Source of the DNA: Narcine bancroftii | Lineage: Eukaryota | DNA: 64,000 nt | Direction: 5' to 3' | Assembly (NCBI RefSeq): GCF_036971445.1 | Contig: NC_091476.1 | Location: 107,446,001-107,510,000, forward strand | Shown here: positions 26,206 to 38,874 of the stretch, one piece after another | Position numbering within the stretch: position 1 is the first letter of the stretch | Layout of the letters: each line of letters opens with the position of its first letter | Notes under the pieces: model-generated | The model's input: only the letters and a program-made list of their open reading frames with translations | The model's database searches: none | What the model was told of the DNA's origin: nothing | Made by a program: the position numbers and the translations under genes

Positions 26206-26218
26206 ATCCTCGTCGCCA
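26206..26218 (-). promoter_or_regulatory. Primer-binding site complementary to tRNA-Ser(GCT)
   Basis: The + strand reads ATCCTCGTCGCCA, the 3' end of vertebrate tRNA-Ser(GCT) plus CCA, 1 nt from the 5' LTR. Confidence 0.8.
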
Positions 26219-26219
26219 A

Positions 26220-26405
26220 TGTCACATTTGTGGCCCGAAATGTGAAATTAATAACATCATCACCACATGCTTTACCAGGTGAACATCTCAGTGTCTTTAT
26301 TTTCCTGCTTCCCTTATTTCATCATCCTGCACCTTCCATCTCCAATGCATACCATCTGACTTCCGGTCAGGTTAATACATATCATGCATATTCATTATCA
26401 TGATA
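26220..26405 (-). repeat. 5' LTR of the Gypsy element
   Basis: Differs from 21368-21553 at 5 positions by manual count. Confidence 0.95.
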
Positions 26406-26479
26406 ACACCCTTTACTTGCTTGGCCCCAGACGATAAACTTGACCCAGCTATTCATCTGCAGGATCATCACCATTTTCG

Positions 26480-27295
26480 ATTCTGTACAACACAAAGAGA
26501 CACTTCTGGTCCAAGCTGGAGAGTCAGACAGATGCTTGCCAGTTGTGGAAGGACTTGCTGCTATTAGTTCCTGTCTGGTGAAAACAAGCCATTAACAGTG
26601 ATATGTCTCTTCTGGATGAGCTCAATGCCTTCTATCCTCACTTCAAAAGTGAAAACAATAAAGAACCCTTGCTAGCCCCCACAGACCCCAGCAACTCTGT
26701 GCTCTCTGTTTCTAAGGCTGAAGTGAACAGAATCTTCGGGGGGGTGGGGGGGGTAAATCATCGAAAAGCATCTGGCCCAGGTGGTGTACACGTCCTTAAA
26801 ACCTATGTATGCAAGCCAACTGGCTGGAGTTTTTTTGCAGACATCTTTAACCTTCCAATACAATGGTCAGAGATTCCCTCTTGCTTCAAAAAGACAACTG
26901 TAATTCCAGTGGACAAGAAGTGCAAGATGGCATGCCTCAAGGACTAGTGGCTGGTGGCACTGACATCTACTGTGAGGAAGTGCTCTGAGAGGTTGATTAT
27001 GGAGCAAACCAACTCCTGTCTCTGGAAGGATCCTGACCCACTTCAATTCACCTATCATAAAAACAGGTCAACGACAGATGGCATCTTGCCAGCCCTGCAC
27101 AAGTTTGATCATGTGAACCACAGAAACACTTACTTCATTGACTGCAACTCAGCGTCCAACACCACCATACCTGCAAAACCTATGGCCAAACTAAATGACC
27201 TGGGACATTGTTCATGCCTCTGTGACTGCATAGTTACTTGACTTGCTCATCGGCAGATCCCAATCAGTGCAAATTGGCAACATCATGTCCTTGAC
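26480..27295 (+). mobile_element. Decayed Rex/Babar LINE fragment (RT N-terminal part)
   Basis: DELNAFY, FADIFNL...IPSCFKKTTVIPV, ALTSTVRKC.ERL, DPLQFTY..NRST.D motifs. Confidence 0.8.
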
Positions 27296-27688
27296 TGAGG
27301 TTTAGGAGTAGTTTTTTTGCAATATCTAACAGGCTCTTGAACCTCCCCTATTACACTAATCAGGGCTGCTCCAATAACCCAAAAAGATTGCCTGGAAGTT
27401 GCTTACTTTGTGCACTTGGGTAACTGAGAATATTTATTGTCTATTTTTGTTTGTATTGATTTGCTCTTCTTAATTCAGTTAATTATACTATTTTGTGAAA
27501 GATGAGAGTCTGCAAAAGCTATGATGGTAGTTAAAAACCCAAGACTGGACACTGCCAGACCTGCTGAATTCCTCCATCATTCTTGTCTTTTAAGTGTATT
27601 CTAGTCATTGTTATTTAATTGTTTGGATTTTTTTAACAAAGTACCTGTTCAGCTGCCACAAGTAAGAATAATTGTGCATCATATAACG

Positions 27689-28050
27689 TACAAGTATTCC
27701 TCAACTTATGACCGTGTTCCGTTCTGACCGACCAGTTGTATCTCGAAATGGACGTAGGTCGGAATCTCACTGTTATCCATTTTATCATTCGTCAAATACA
27801 GCGTGGTAGCCACCAGCCAGCTCTCGTGGATGGCTGTCCACCCCTGCCATAGATACTATTTTCCATAGATAGGCCCCTATTTTTGCCCCAAACGTGTATT
27901 TTTTTAATATTTACATATATTTTTTTATTTTTTAAATAAGGTTTCAGTCATATGTACAGATAGAAATAAGTTGAATATGTTATAAATCAGGGAATACCTG
28001 TATATGTATACATTGTATAATGTATACGACAATAATCTCATTATCATTAC
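27689..28050. mobile_element. Possible Tc1/mariner (Tigger-like) MITE fragment
   Basis: TA-CAAGTATTCCTCAACTTATGACC resembles Tigger-type termini. I did not find the second TIR. Confidence 0.35.
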
Positions 28051-28218
28051 AGTAGGGAGACATTTTGTCCCCACTGTGTTCAAGGTTGGTAACCATGAGA
28101 TTCCAATCAGGAACAGAAACAGAGACCACAGAGTTATCAAATGGAAGATCAGTCCCATGACACTCAACCCATAGCTCAATGGTTTGTAAAGTGGTTGAGC
28201 AACTCAACTATTTGTGAG

Positions 28219-28511
28219 TGTGGTGCACTGTTAGCCAGAATCAGACACACACAAAGATAAAGACTGTACAACAGGCTTTAATCCACAAAGACTTCCACAG
28301 AGCCAGGCTGGCTGTGGCTGCAGCAACTCTGAGTGAGGCCTCGGGCGGCCGGCGCAGGCTTATATCCCGGAGGGTGATTGACAACCAACCAGGTGGGCCT
28401 TGATCCATTCAGGCCGACTGATTGACAGCCAGCCAGGTGTTATCCTGTCCCCTTACACTCCTACAGGTACAGAGGCTGCCCCCTGCAGTAGGCCAGTGGT
28501 GTACCACCACA
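28219..28511. mobile_element. Solo LTR (293 bp)
   Basis: TGTGGTG...CACCACA inverted ends and 5-bp TSD GTGAG (28214-28218 and 28512-28516). Confidence 0.88.
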
Positions 28512-28574
28512 GTGAGTAAACAGGGAAAAGCAATAGATATCAGCCCACAAAATAGGCTGAAAAACCCTGGGACC

Positions 28575-28800
28575 ACACACACAGCGCAACACTGTTACAG
28601 CACCAGTGACCAGGGTTCGAATCCGCCGCAGTCTGCAAGGAGTTTGTGCGTCCTACTCATGACTATGTGGGTTTTCTCCAGATGCTCTGGTTTCCTCCCA
28701 CCCTTCAAAATGTACAGGAGTTGTGATCAATTGAGTGTAATTAGGCGGCATGGGCTCATAGGCCAATCACCATGCTGTACGTCTAAATTAATTTTTTTTT
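28575..28800 (+). mobile_element. SINE (same family as 7360-7625)
   Basis: GGTTCGAATCC B-box plus the family core. Confidence 0.75.
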
Positions 28801-29399
28801 TAATTTGAGAAAAATGTATATTGAAAAATATTACAGACCATGGGGAGAGAACAAGGAAATTAGAAGATACATCTCTGGTTGTGTTCCTTTTGAGACTCAT
28901 AGATTGATAATAGGAACTTATTGAGGTGTCTAAGGTGATAAAGAAGGTTGATAAGGTCGAGAGAGGAACTACATGTATTTCCTCTGGTGGATGGGCTCCA
29001 GAACAAGGGAGCTTACCTTAAAATCAGACCAAACCTTAGGAAATATATTTTCATTCGATGGATGGTAAGAGTTTAACTCTGGCAGATTTTGGTTACTAGG
29101 GTAGCCAAGGTAGATGTTCAGATTTGTGTTTGGTATGGGGAATGGATCAGAACTGGAAAAAAGGCTTTCTGACAAAATAAGTAAACATAAGTGCTGGAGA
29201 AGCTCAGTAGGTCATGCAACATCCATAGGAAGCAAAAGGCATTTGACGTTTCAGGACTGAGCCTCCTGGCAAAATAAACCAATTTTTGTTTTGAGCAGGC
29301 AATGAGAAGCTGGAGGGACTCAGAGGGCCAGGCAGCATCCATGGAGGGAATTGGTTAGTGGCCATTTCCAAATTACCAAAACAAAAGGACATGCATGGT

Positions 29400-30760
29400 C
29401 TCAGCGGTTGGGGGGTGTGGGGGAGGAGTACAGGTGCCTTACCTGCCATGAACCTCTGTGCGCCGCCATGACACTTCCCCCTCCCTCTGACGGAACGTGC
29501 AAATGCGCGTACTTATATGCATGCTGATGCTAATGCTGCATGTGGGGAGGGGCACAGTAACTCACTGAGGGGGGAAATACCCACGGATGCCCCCCTCCTT
29601 GGCACCGGCCCTGAGGACATGGTCATAGGTTACCATATGCACAGTGTTTCAAAAAAAATGTCTTTTTATATAAATTTTAAACTGCATTGCAAACACATCA
29701 AATGTAAACAGATGAGCACCTTAGTTATTTTATTAAATAAAAATTCTAACATTAAACTTTTTTTTGCTTGGATAAATCCAGCAAAAACATAGCTATTTCA
29801 ACATAAATCAGCCATTATCCGCTCGAGCCCTTTTTCCTATTCAATGATTTGTCATTCTGCATATTAGTCTTCCATCAACATCTCCATTGCTTCATATTAT
29901 TTTCCATTCTTTCTCAGAAGTTATCCCTCCTTCCTTTACCCATTTTGTTTTAATGTATAAAGTTGAATGTGCTTTAAAATTTGACAGGCCTTTATATAAA
30001 CACACACTTGATTTTACTACCATTATCTGAAGTATATAATTATGGCTTCTAAAAAACAGTTCTATCAAACATGTACTTGCATTGGTTACATTTTTAACTC
30101 TCTTTTTAACATAATTCGCGCAATCTGCAAATACTGATAAAAGTCTTGTTTTTCTAATGTGTTTCTCTTTAAGCATTTTTGAAATGCTGAAAGAGAAACA
30201 CGTTAGAAAATTTAAAATTTTTTTAAAAATTGAATCCAAACTGAGTTACTCAGCCTCCTTCAAAGATCACATTCCACGAACACACTCCACTCGAGTCGAC
30301 GTCATCTGTAGTCATCGACTGAAGCGATCATGCGCAGGGGCAGACGAAAATCTTCGTGCCACAAGTTTGCGCCTGTGCCCTGGCCCCTGTGCTATACGTC
30401 CGACCCGAATCCCCCCCCTGTCCCCTGTCTGCATGCGGGCCCACTGCGCATCTGCCGGCCGGCAATGGTACTCAAATCTATCACGCGTGCGCGAGTGCCG
30501 GCTGGCGCATGCACACAAGAAGAAACATGGCTGCGCATGGCCTTCTGACCCAGGACTCCGTAAGTTGACAGCTAAGTACTGTGTCCCATGACTCCCCTTT
30601 TTGGAGATTCTATCCCTTAGTTTTTCCTCCATTTGGGAGTGTATGACCTACTCCCCTAAATGGAGGACAAATTAACATCCAGCTCGAGGTGGCACAGGAC
30701 AGTGGACAGTGTCCTCAAAAGCAGGACTATCCGGCCTAAATCCAGACATCGAGCTGCCCG
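29400..30760 (-). mobile_element. Second copy of the 17964 DNA-transposon-like family, carrying an internal ~0.8 kb insert
   Basis: ~29410-29545 and ~30345-30760 align in inverted orientation to 17964-18450. The mostly AT-rich ~29550-30340 segment is absent from the other copy. Confidence 0.6.
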
Positions 30761-31269
30761 CCAACAAAGTGTTCTTATGATTGTGCCACGCTTCTTACTG
30801 CTCTCTTTCCCCTAGTTTCAAAACACAAAAAACAACTGATCAGTGGGAAAGAGTAGGTGAATGGAGAAAACGGCAGGAAGAGCTGAAGGAAAGGTTCAGA
30901 GAAATGGGATCCTTCCATGCTGCCTGGCTGTGATTCTGTGACTGGACAAAGACTCCACTCCAGGTTTTCCTGCCAGCTTCCCTCCCTTCCTTGAATGCTG
31001 TGTACTTGATCCATGTTTGCATTTGCCAAAGTTTCACAGAGAGGGAGAGAATGTTCTCAATCGGGTTTACTGAGAAAGGCAACCTTCACTTCATTGTCAC
31101 CTAAGGACCTAAGATCCTAATATTTAAGATCCCCTGAAAATCTTAATGAAGAAGATTGTGTTCCCGAGCCTTTTGTGTTGGGGACAGTAACCAAGAGTTT
31201 AATTCTGATACGATGGCTTCTAATCATACTAAGAAGTGTGACTGGTGAGTGTGCATTGCACATTGCGTG

Positions 31270-31310
<41 letters not shown>

Positions 31311-31428
31311 CCCCCCCTTACTCTCACACTCTCACACTCATTCACTCTTTCCTCCCTCTCTTACTCTCACACACTCTCTCACACTCATTCTCTCTCTGTC
31401 TCTTCTTTCCCCCCCCCCCCCCCCCCCA
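31270..31428. repeat. (CT)n-rich low-complexity tract and poly-C
   Basis: Seen directly in the sequence. Confidence 0.9.
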
Positions 31429-31971
31429 CAACCTTTAGGTGTTTAATCTGTTCAAAGCCAAAAGCTTCCCTTTCTGTCAACAAGAAATATTTCTCCAGGG
31501 GGAACAGAGGAGGTTTCTGTGATTGTTTGACAGCCCCCTTGTGTGGGGTTGAGAGTTTGATTCGTGCCCGGTTTAAGCCTACTATCTAATTGGTGATTTC
31601 TTGTGATCTCGGCAAAGGGTAAACCTACTCCTGAGTTCCTGGCACCTGGCAGTCAACCTTTAAACCCTTCCATGACTCCACACCCTTCACATAGTTGCTG
31701 GCAACTATTAACTCCTCAAAGGCTGGTGTACAGAAATTACATTTTTTAAATACTTAAATAAGGGGCTTACTTAGTTAGCAAACATCTAGGGTGCACTTAT
31801 TTTACTTCACCTTGATGAATGACAATTAACTTGTTGAGGATATTCTCACTTCTGAGATAGAATGTTTGTAGCTGCATAACAGGGTTTGACTGCATCCAGA
31901 TCATTTTTGCAAGTATTTTATCACAGATCCTAAGCCCAGTCTTCCATGGGCTTAGTCACTGGGTCAGATTG

Positions 31972-32245
31972 TTTAAATTTTAAATTTAGACATACAGCAT
32001 AGTACCAGGCAATTTCGGCCCACAAGTCCATACCGCCCAATTTACACCCAATTAACCTACAACCCCCCCCCCCTGTACAATTCGAATAGTCGGAGGAAAA
32101 CAGACCCCCCCCCCAGGGAAAACCCTTGCAGACATTGGGAGAACATACAAACTCCTGACAGACAGTGCGGGATTCGAACCCTAGTCCCAATCGCTGGCAC
32201 TGTGAAGGCGTTGTGCTAACTGCTCTGCTAACCATGCTGCCCACC
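31972..32245 (-). mobile_element. SINE (same family as 7360-7625)
   Basis: GGGATTCGAACCC (reverse B-box), core and tail. Confidence 0.8.
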
Positions 32246-32282
32246 ACCAACCACTGGTCTCACTGCATCTTTTAAGGAAAGA

Positions 32283-32700
32283 GGTCAAGTCAAGTCGCCT
32301 TTATTTGTTGCTCATATCATGCATTGCACAGTAAAGACGAGATAGCGTTTTTCTAGGACCATAGAGCAGATTTACATCAATAAAAGTTGAAATAGAAGTT
32401 AAAATATTAAGAGATATACAATAAAAGTCCACAGTATTAGCTACATATGTTCTGGGAATTCAGGAGCCTGATGGCTTGGGGGAAAAAACTGTTGCCCAAT
32501 CTGGACGTGAAGGCCCAAGTGCTAAGGTTCCTCCTACCAGATGGCAGAAGGGAGAACAGTTTACAGAAGGGTTGTGTGAGGTCCTTCACAATGTTTATTG
32601 CTTTCTGTGTGCATCGTGTGTTGTAGATGTCCATTATGTAGATGTCTGTTGTGGTCGAAAGAAAATCCCCATTGATTTTTTTCTGCTGGTTTCACTATCC
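32283..32700 (-). mobile_element. Rex/Babar LINE 3' end
   Basis: LFSLLPSGRR...SFFPQAIRLLN with a GTCAAGTCAAGTC tail. Same family as 44562-45268. Confidence 0.85.
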
Positions 32701-33112
32701 TTTGCAGATGGAGCTTCTCCCAGTGTCCTGCTCACACAATCTTTGGCTCTGTTTCAGCTTTGTTATCCCAATTCAGCATCTACCCCCAGACGGCCACAAA
32801 ACACCACTTCAAAGCAGTTAGCAATGTGTCACATGTATGAGAGCATTTTCCAGACATAATCAACACAAATTCCTACATCCATTCAGTCATTTATATCTAG
32901 AACTGAGCTAAAGCAATTCCAAGGTTCAATATCAAATTCCTGACATACACTCACCCCAGCTTGTTACAATAGGAAATGGTTCAGGAGAGGAGGGGCCAGT
33001 GAGGCTGTGGTTTGCCCGTATTTATCAAGGACATGGATCACGTGCAGGCAAAGAGATTTAGGTTAACTTGGCATCATGTTCAGTATAGTCATCCTGCACT
33101 GTCTTATGCTCT

Positions 33113-33202
33113 TTGGCTTGGCTTCGCGGACGAAGATTTATGGAGGGGTATGTCCACGTCTGCTGCAGGCTCATTGGTGACTGACAAGTCCGATGCGGGA
33201 CA
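33113..33202 (-). mobile_element. Short RTE-type LINE 3' end
   Basis: The - strand encodes SRIGLVSHQ.AC, a typical RTE C-terminus. It is flanked by a 12-bp TSD GTC(T/C)TATGCTCT (33101-33112 and 33203-33214). Confidence 0.7.
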
Positions 33203-34340
33203 GTCCTATGCTCTACTGGAAAGTAAAGTAAAGTGCAGGCTCTACTCAATGGTACTCGTTGATGTTAAACAACTTGCAGGTGGGTTGTCACAGCAAAATT
33301 GATAGCCAGGGCTCCTATGCACTCACTGAGCCTTACCCTCTGTCCTTCTGATTTGTGTTTCCACATTGATTCCCCTGCAAAACTTGTTCTCCCAAGGACA
33401 AGTAAAACTGTTATTAATATCCACCTTGCAGAACAAAGCTAAGGGTAGCTGACAACGTTGAATCTTAAGCATGAATATAGGTTGTAGTGCCTTGCAATCC
33501 AGTGAAAGTTATATATGATGATTGATGCATTTGATAAGAGAGCTACTGAATAACTATTTCTGTTGATTGATGACCTCAGGAAAGGGGAGGAGAGCCATAA
33601 TATCCAACATTTATTAATGTTTCTAAAACATGCAGATACTAAAAATCTGAAATAAAACCAGAATAGACTGGAAATACTCAATAGGCCAGGTAGCAACTGG
33701 GGACAGAAAAACAGGAATAATGTATCGTCAGAATTCATGATCAGAAGCGCTGAGAGTTTCTAACATTTTCTGGTTTTTTATTTAAGTTTGATCGGGACTG
33801 TAATTGTGCAAAATTGGAAAACAAAGGAGATATATGGTTGCAAATACTGGACTGATTTTACTTTAAATTATGTAAGGACATGAAAGGATATTGAGAATCA
33901 GATCATCAGTGATAAATTGATATGGCAGAAAATGCTCGAGGGATTTTGTGACCTGTTCTTACATTAAATTTGGTGAAAATTATCAGTCTGAAGTACTTCT
34001 CTTTCTCCAATACATGAAACTACTCTTTACCATGAGCAATTTAACAGTATTACATATTTAAATGTAATTTGTTTAGACTGTTCATTTGTTTCACTTTATC
34101 ATAGCCTGCACTTACAGAGTAATGTCAGGGAATGGAAGTTTCCCAATGCACCAGGAGAATCAGGGAACTGTTACCTAAAACTTGGCTGAAGAGATGGGTG
34201 TAGAAAGGCACAGAGAGTTGAAAAGTTAATATCTTTCTTAAGATGTGGGGTCCATTTATGGACAATCTGCATAAACTAAAGAGTTAGGGTAGTCAAAGGG
34301 CTTTGGCGCTGTGCTGTCGACTTCCAGGTTGAAACAAAAA

Positions 34341-36680
34341 AAACATAGAAGATAGGAGCAGGAGTAGGTCATTCGATCCTTCGAGCCTGCTCCGCCATTC
34401 AGCGAGATCATGGCTGATCTTAAAGTTCAGTACCCCGTCCACGCCTTCTCTCCGTAACCTTTAATACCCTTATACTGAAGAAATAGATCTAATTCCCTCT
34501 TAAATATATTTAATGAACCTGCCTCTACTGCCCTCTGTGGCAATGAATTCCACAGATTCACCACCCTCTGGGTAAAGAAATTCCTCCTCATTTCGGTCCT
34601 AAATGGTTTGCCTATTATCCTTAAACCATGGCCCCGGGTTCTGGATTTTCCCATCATTGGAAACATCCCATATGCATCCATTCTGTCCAGTCCTGCCAGA
34701 ATTTCCCCTCTCAATCTTCTAAACTCCAGGGAGTACAATCCCAATTTGCGCAATCTTTCCTCATAAGTCATTCCTGCCATTCCAGGTATCAGCCTGGTGA
34801 ATTGCCTCTGCACTCCCTCCATTGCAAGAACATCCTTCCTTAGATAAGGTGACCAAAATTGCACACAATACTCCAGGTGTGGTCTCACCAAGGCCCTGTA
34901 CAGCTGCAGTAAGGTATCCTTGTTCCTATACTCAAACCCTCTTGATATAAAGGCCAACATACCATTTACCTTTATAACTGCCTGCTGTACCTGCATGCAT
35001 GCCTTCAGAGACTGGTGTACAAGTACCCCTAGGTCTCTCTGCACTTCCCCATCTCTTAATCTATTGCCATTCAAATAGTAATCTGCCCTCCGGTTTGTAT
35101 TACCAAAGTGGATAACCTCACATTTATCCACTGTAGAGCTCGTCGAAAGAACCAAAGACTTGTTGATCCAAACCAAGGCTTTTATTAGCAAAAGACCGGA
35201 GCTCTTCACAGGTGGCCGACCAGTCCGGAATGATCCGACCTGGCTAGGGACACAACCCTTTAAGGCCCAAACAATAGGTGTGGCTTAGCTCTCAGCCAAT
35301 CGCTGTAAGCACAGTCTAGATACAGTAACTATATACACTATGTACATTGGTGATAGATCTGTACTATCACATCCACATTGTAGTGCATTTGCCATGTATC
35401 TGCCCAGTCCCTCAATTTATCCAAATCACACTGGAGCTTCCTGACCCCCTCTTCCGTGCACACAACCCCTTCCGTGTTATCTGCAAATTTGGAGATATTA
35501 CATCCAATCCCCTCATCCAGATCATTAATGTAAATTGTGAACAGCTGGGGTCCCAGTACAGATCCCTGTGGCACCCCACTGGTCACCGCCTGCCACTCAG
35601 AAAATGAGCCATTTATCCCAACTCTCTGTCTTCTACCTGCCAGCCAGTTCTCAATCCACATCAATACTTTGCCCCCAATCCCATGAGCCTTGAATTTGTA
35701 AGCCAGTCGTTTATGCGGGACCTTATCGAAGGCCTTTTGGAAGTCCAGGTACACCACATCCACCATCCCCCATCTATTTTACCTGTCACCATCTCAAAGA
35801 ATTCCAATAGATTTGTCAAGCACGATTTACCTTTTGTAAATCCATGTTGACTCTGTCCGATCCCTTCTCTGCTAGTCATATGCTCCGCTATTACATCCTT
35901 AATAATGGATTTCATCATTTTGCTCACTACTGATGTAAGGCTCACCGGCCTATAATTCCCCACTTTTTCTCTACCCCCTTTTTTAAATAGTGGGGTAACA
36001 TTAGCTACCCTCCAATCCATGGGTACTGATCCTGAGTCTATCGAGTTCTGGAAAATAATTCTTAAAGCATCTGCTATCTGAATGGCCACTTCCTTAAGTG
36101 CCCTAGGATGTAGATTATCAGACCCTTGGGATTTATCTGCCTTCAATCCCATCAATTTCCCCAAGACCATGTCCTGAGAGATACTGATTTCTTTCAGTTC
36201 TTCCCTTGCATTAGTCTCTATGTTTCCCAACATCCTTGGGAGGTTATTTGTATCCTCTCTTGTAAAAACAGAACTAAAGTAAGAATTTAATTGGTCTGCC
36301 ATTTCCTTATTCCCCATTATATATTCCCCTGATTCCAACTGCAAAGGACCTACTCTGGATTTCACCAATCTTTTCCTCTTGACATATTTATAAAAGCTTT
36401 TGCAGTCAGTTTTTATATTTGCCGCAAGCTTACTTTCGTAATTTATTTTTGCTCTCTTGATTAATCCCTTTGTCCTCCTTTGGTGCATCTTGAATTGCTC
36501 CCAGTCTTTGGTTGTGGTACTTTTTTTGGCCAATTGATATGCTCTCTCTTTGGACCAAATGCTGTCTCTAATTTCCCTTGTTATTCACGGTTGAGTCACC
36601 TTTTTTGGTTTATTTTTATGCCAAACCGGTATGAACGATTTTTGCAATTTCTCCCTTAGATCTGTGAATGCTTTCCATTG
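34341..36680 (-). mobile_element. 5'-truncated CR1 LINE, ~2.1 kb of ORF2 (RT) plus 3' UTR
   Basis: ORFs 35661-36533, 35338-35766 and 34427-35209 with NYRPVSLTS, YLDFQKAFDKVPH, SGVPQGSVLGP, KFAD and LEYCVQFWSP. Confidence 0.96.
35132..35371. mobile_element. Solo LTR (240 bp) inserted in the CR1
   Basis: TG...CA ends and 5-bp TSD TCCAC (35127-35131 and 35372-35376). Removing it restores the CR1 frame NVDKCEVIHFG. Confidence 0.9.
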
Positions 36681-37849
36681 TCACCTAATTTCCACATATC
36701 ATTTTCTAACCTTGCTTAGTGGTTGGGGTTTTCAGCTGTGGGGAGGGGGGGTTGCTTTTTTCCTTTTCTGTAGTTTAGGTTTCCTTTTTTTCTTTTTTTT
36801 TAAACTTGATAATATAACAGATGATGGCTTTGCTCAAACATGAATAATACAACTTTTGATAAAAATTCTTACAGAATGAGAAGTGAAGACAATTGTATAC
36901 CTTTTATTTTATTTTTCAAAAAAGAAGAAATTTATAATTTTTCCTTTATTTCCCTTATTTTTCCTTTATTTCTCTTCATTTTGTGTTTGGGGTTGTTTTT
37001 CTTTTTGTTTGATGTTATATCTTACTACACTATTACGTGTGTTCGTCCTTTTGAATTATGTTCATGTTTAAAATCTTTTTTCTTCATTTTTAAATGTATT
37101 GCACATTGTATAATTGCATTATTCAATTGTTTATATATTAAATATCAATAAAACATATTTTAAAAGGAATGAAACGTTAATGCATAGATGCACTTGAACC
37201 CACAACCTTCTGAACGGGTAAAATACTAACCAATGACTGGGTCGAAGAAACATTGAAACTTTCTATTTAATCAAAGCGACTTAAACTTTAGCCCCTTGCA
37301 TACTGCAAAAATAAAACTGGTATCAGTTACACCTGGTCATAAACGTGTTATCTGAACTGGGGACATTTGCCTCAGCAAGTCTAGATTCCATCAAGCTTCT
37401 CTTTTATGGGTTTAATTACACATCAGACATTGGTAGCATATGTCAGCACCTTCTGCATGTATGCTATGTATGACACGTAAGCTCACTTAATAATGAGGTT
37501 GCCTATTACTGTCTGTCATCCATCCCTGTTTGTTCGACACAGTCTAACATTCAAGGTGTTATCTCATCAAGTGTCACCATAACAACATATCTTATGCAGA
37601 ACAGATTACTCTCTTTCACTCTACCTGATCACTGTTTACTGTTCTCTTCTCTCTCATGGACAATGTTTCTTGTGTTTTATGCCTGATCTTGAATAGCAGT
37701 TGCAGAATGGGTAAAGCTTATTAAATTTGTGCTAAACGATAATCCTAGTCTTGAATATGATCTAGTAGAACAATCCCAAAACTGAGAGGCAAATAATATC
37801 GATACATTGAAGGGGAGGCTAAATATTAGATTGGAATACAAGATTGGAA

Positions 37850-38615
37850 AGTGGCAGCGTTGCTGGACCTGCTGTAATGGCAGAGCTGCTGTTAGCGTGG
37901 ACGCATGGAGAGCAGAGTCACAGCACTTTCGAGGAGTCCGACTGGCCAGTCCGACTACCTTCAGCTCCGTGCAGGTTTTAAACAGCCTGTTAAAGGAGCC
38001 AACAGTGGTTTTATTTAAAATTCCGCTACCACAGGGTCTGTGCTCAAGATGGTGACACCTACAATTGACAGCAGCCAGGAGGAGTTGCAGACTCCGGGAA
38101 ACACTGGCTCAGGGCACCAGAAAAAGGCGAGAGCACCCCCCTCCCCCACCGTCTAAGAAGGAGATGCAGACCAGGCGACCCATGGTGGGTGACCATGGTG
38201 GTGGACCAGTGAGGGGTTCTGTGGCTGAGAAACACATAGGCGGTGGTCTGTCGGTGACTGGCAGACTTTTGAAGACTGGTTCGAGACTGGCTGAAGGGAT
38301 ACTAGTATCAAAACCAGGATGAGAGAGGTTGTCAATGGCGCTGAAGGGTTCCTAATCATATCGGAGGTTGAAATTTGGAGCTCAGGTTGGATTGGACTTT
38401 GTGTGGCTGGGGATGCTGCGGGAGGGCTGGAGGCGAATCCATGAACACTCGATGACTCTGGGGGGGGGTCTCTCCTTTTCTCTTTCTCTGACTGTAAGAG
38501 GTCTTCAGGCAATTTCTGCCGATGGCAAATCTGTCTGCCTTACAGCAGAAAAAAGGCAATTTTGTGTAATATGACACTTTTTTAAAATTACATGATAATA
38601 AATTGAAACTTGAAA
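37850..38615 (+). mobile_element. Unclassified ~750-bp non-autonomous retroposon, copy 1
   Basis: Homologous to 39520-40258 (+), 48825-49610 (-) and 62215-62485 (-). It has a GC-rich head and an AATAAATTGAAACTTGAA-type tail. Confidence 0.65.
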
Positions 38616-38874
38616 TATACATAAGGTGAAAGGAATAGAGAATAGATTGGTAATATTAGATGGTTAAGGTAGAAGGAAAGTTTTGTGGATCCTAAACATT
38701 TGGACTAGAACTACTGATTCTCTCCTGAATTGTAAATGGAGTTTGTAGGGGCACCCAAGAGTTTTGTGTTAAGGCAGCATGGACGAAGGTGTTTCCCCGT
38801 CCCTACACCATTGGCAACTTGCTCATGTCATATGATTTTGGTAACATCAAACCAGATCTTTGTTCCTACACTTA

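Larger units (their letters stand above)
21368..26405 (-). mobile_element. Full-length decayed Ty3/Gypsy LTR retrotransposon (Mag-like)
   Basis: Two 186-bp LTRs, 5-bp TSD ACACC (21363-21367 and 26406-26410), PBS, PPT, and gag-PR-RT-RNaseH-INT order on the - strand. Confidence 0.97.

Noticed and set aside
34427-35209. 260-aa ORF as a standalone gene
   Set aside because: It is a chimera of solo-LTR sequence and the CR1 ORF2 C-terminus.
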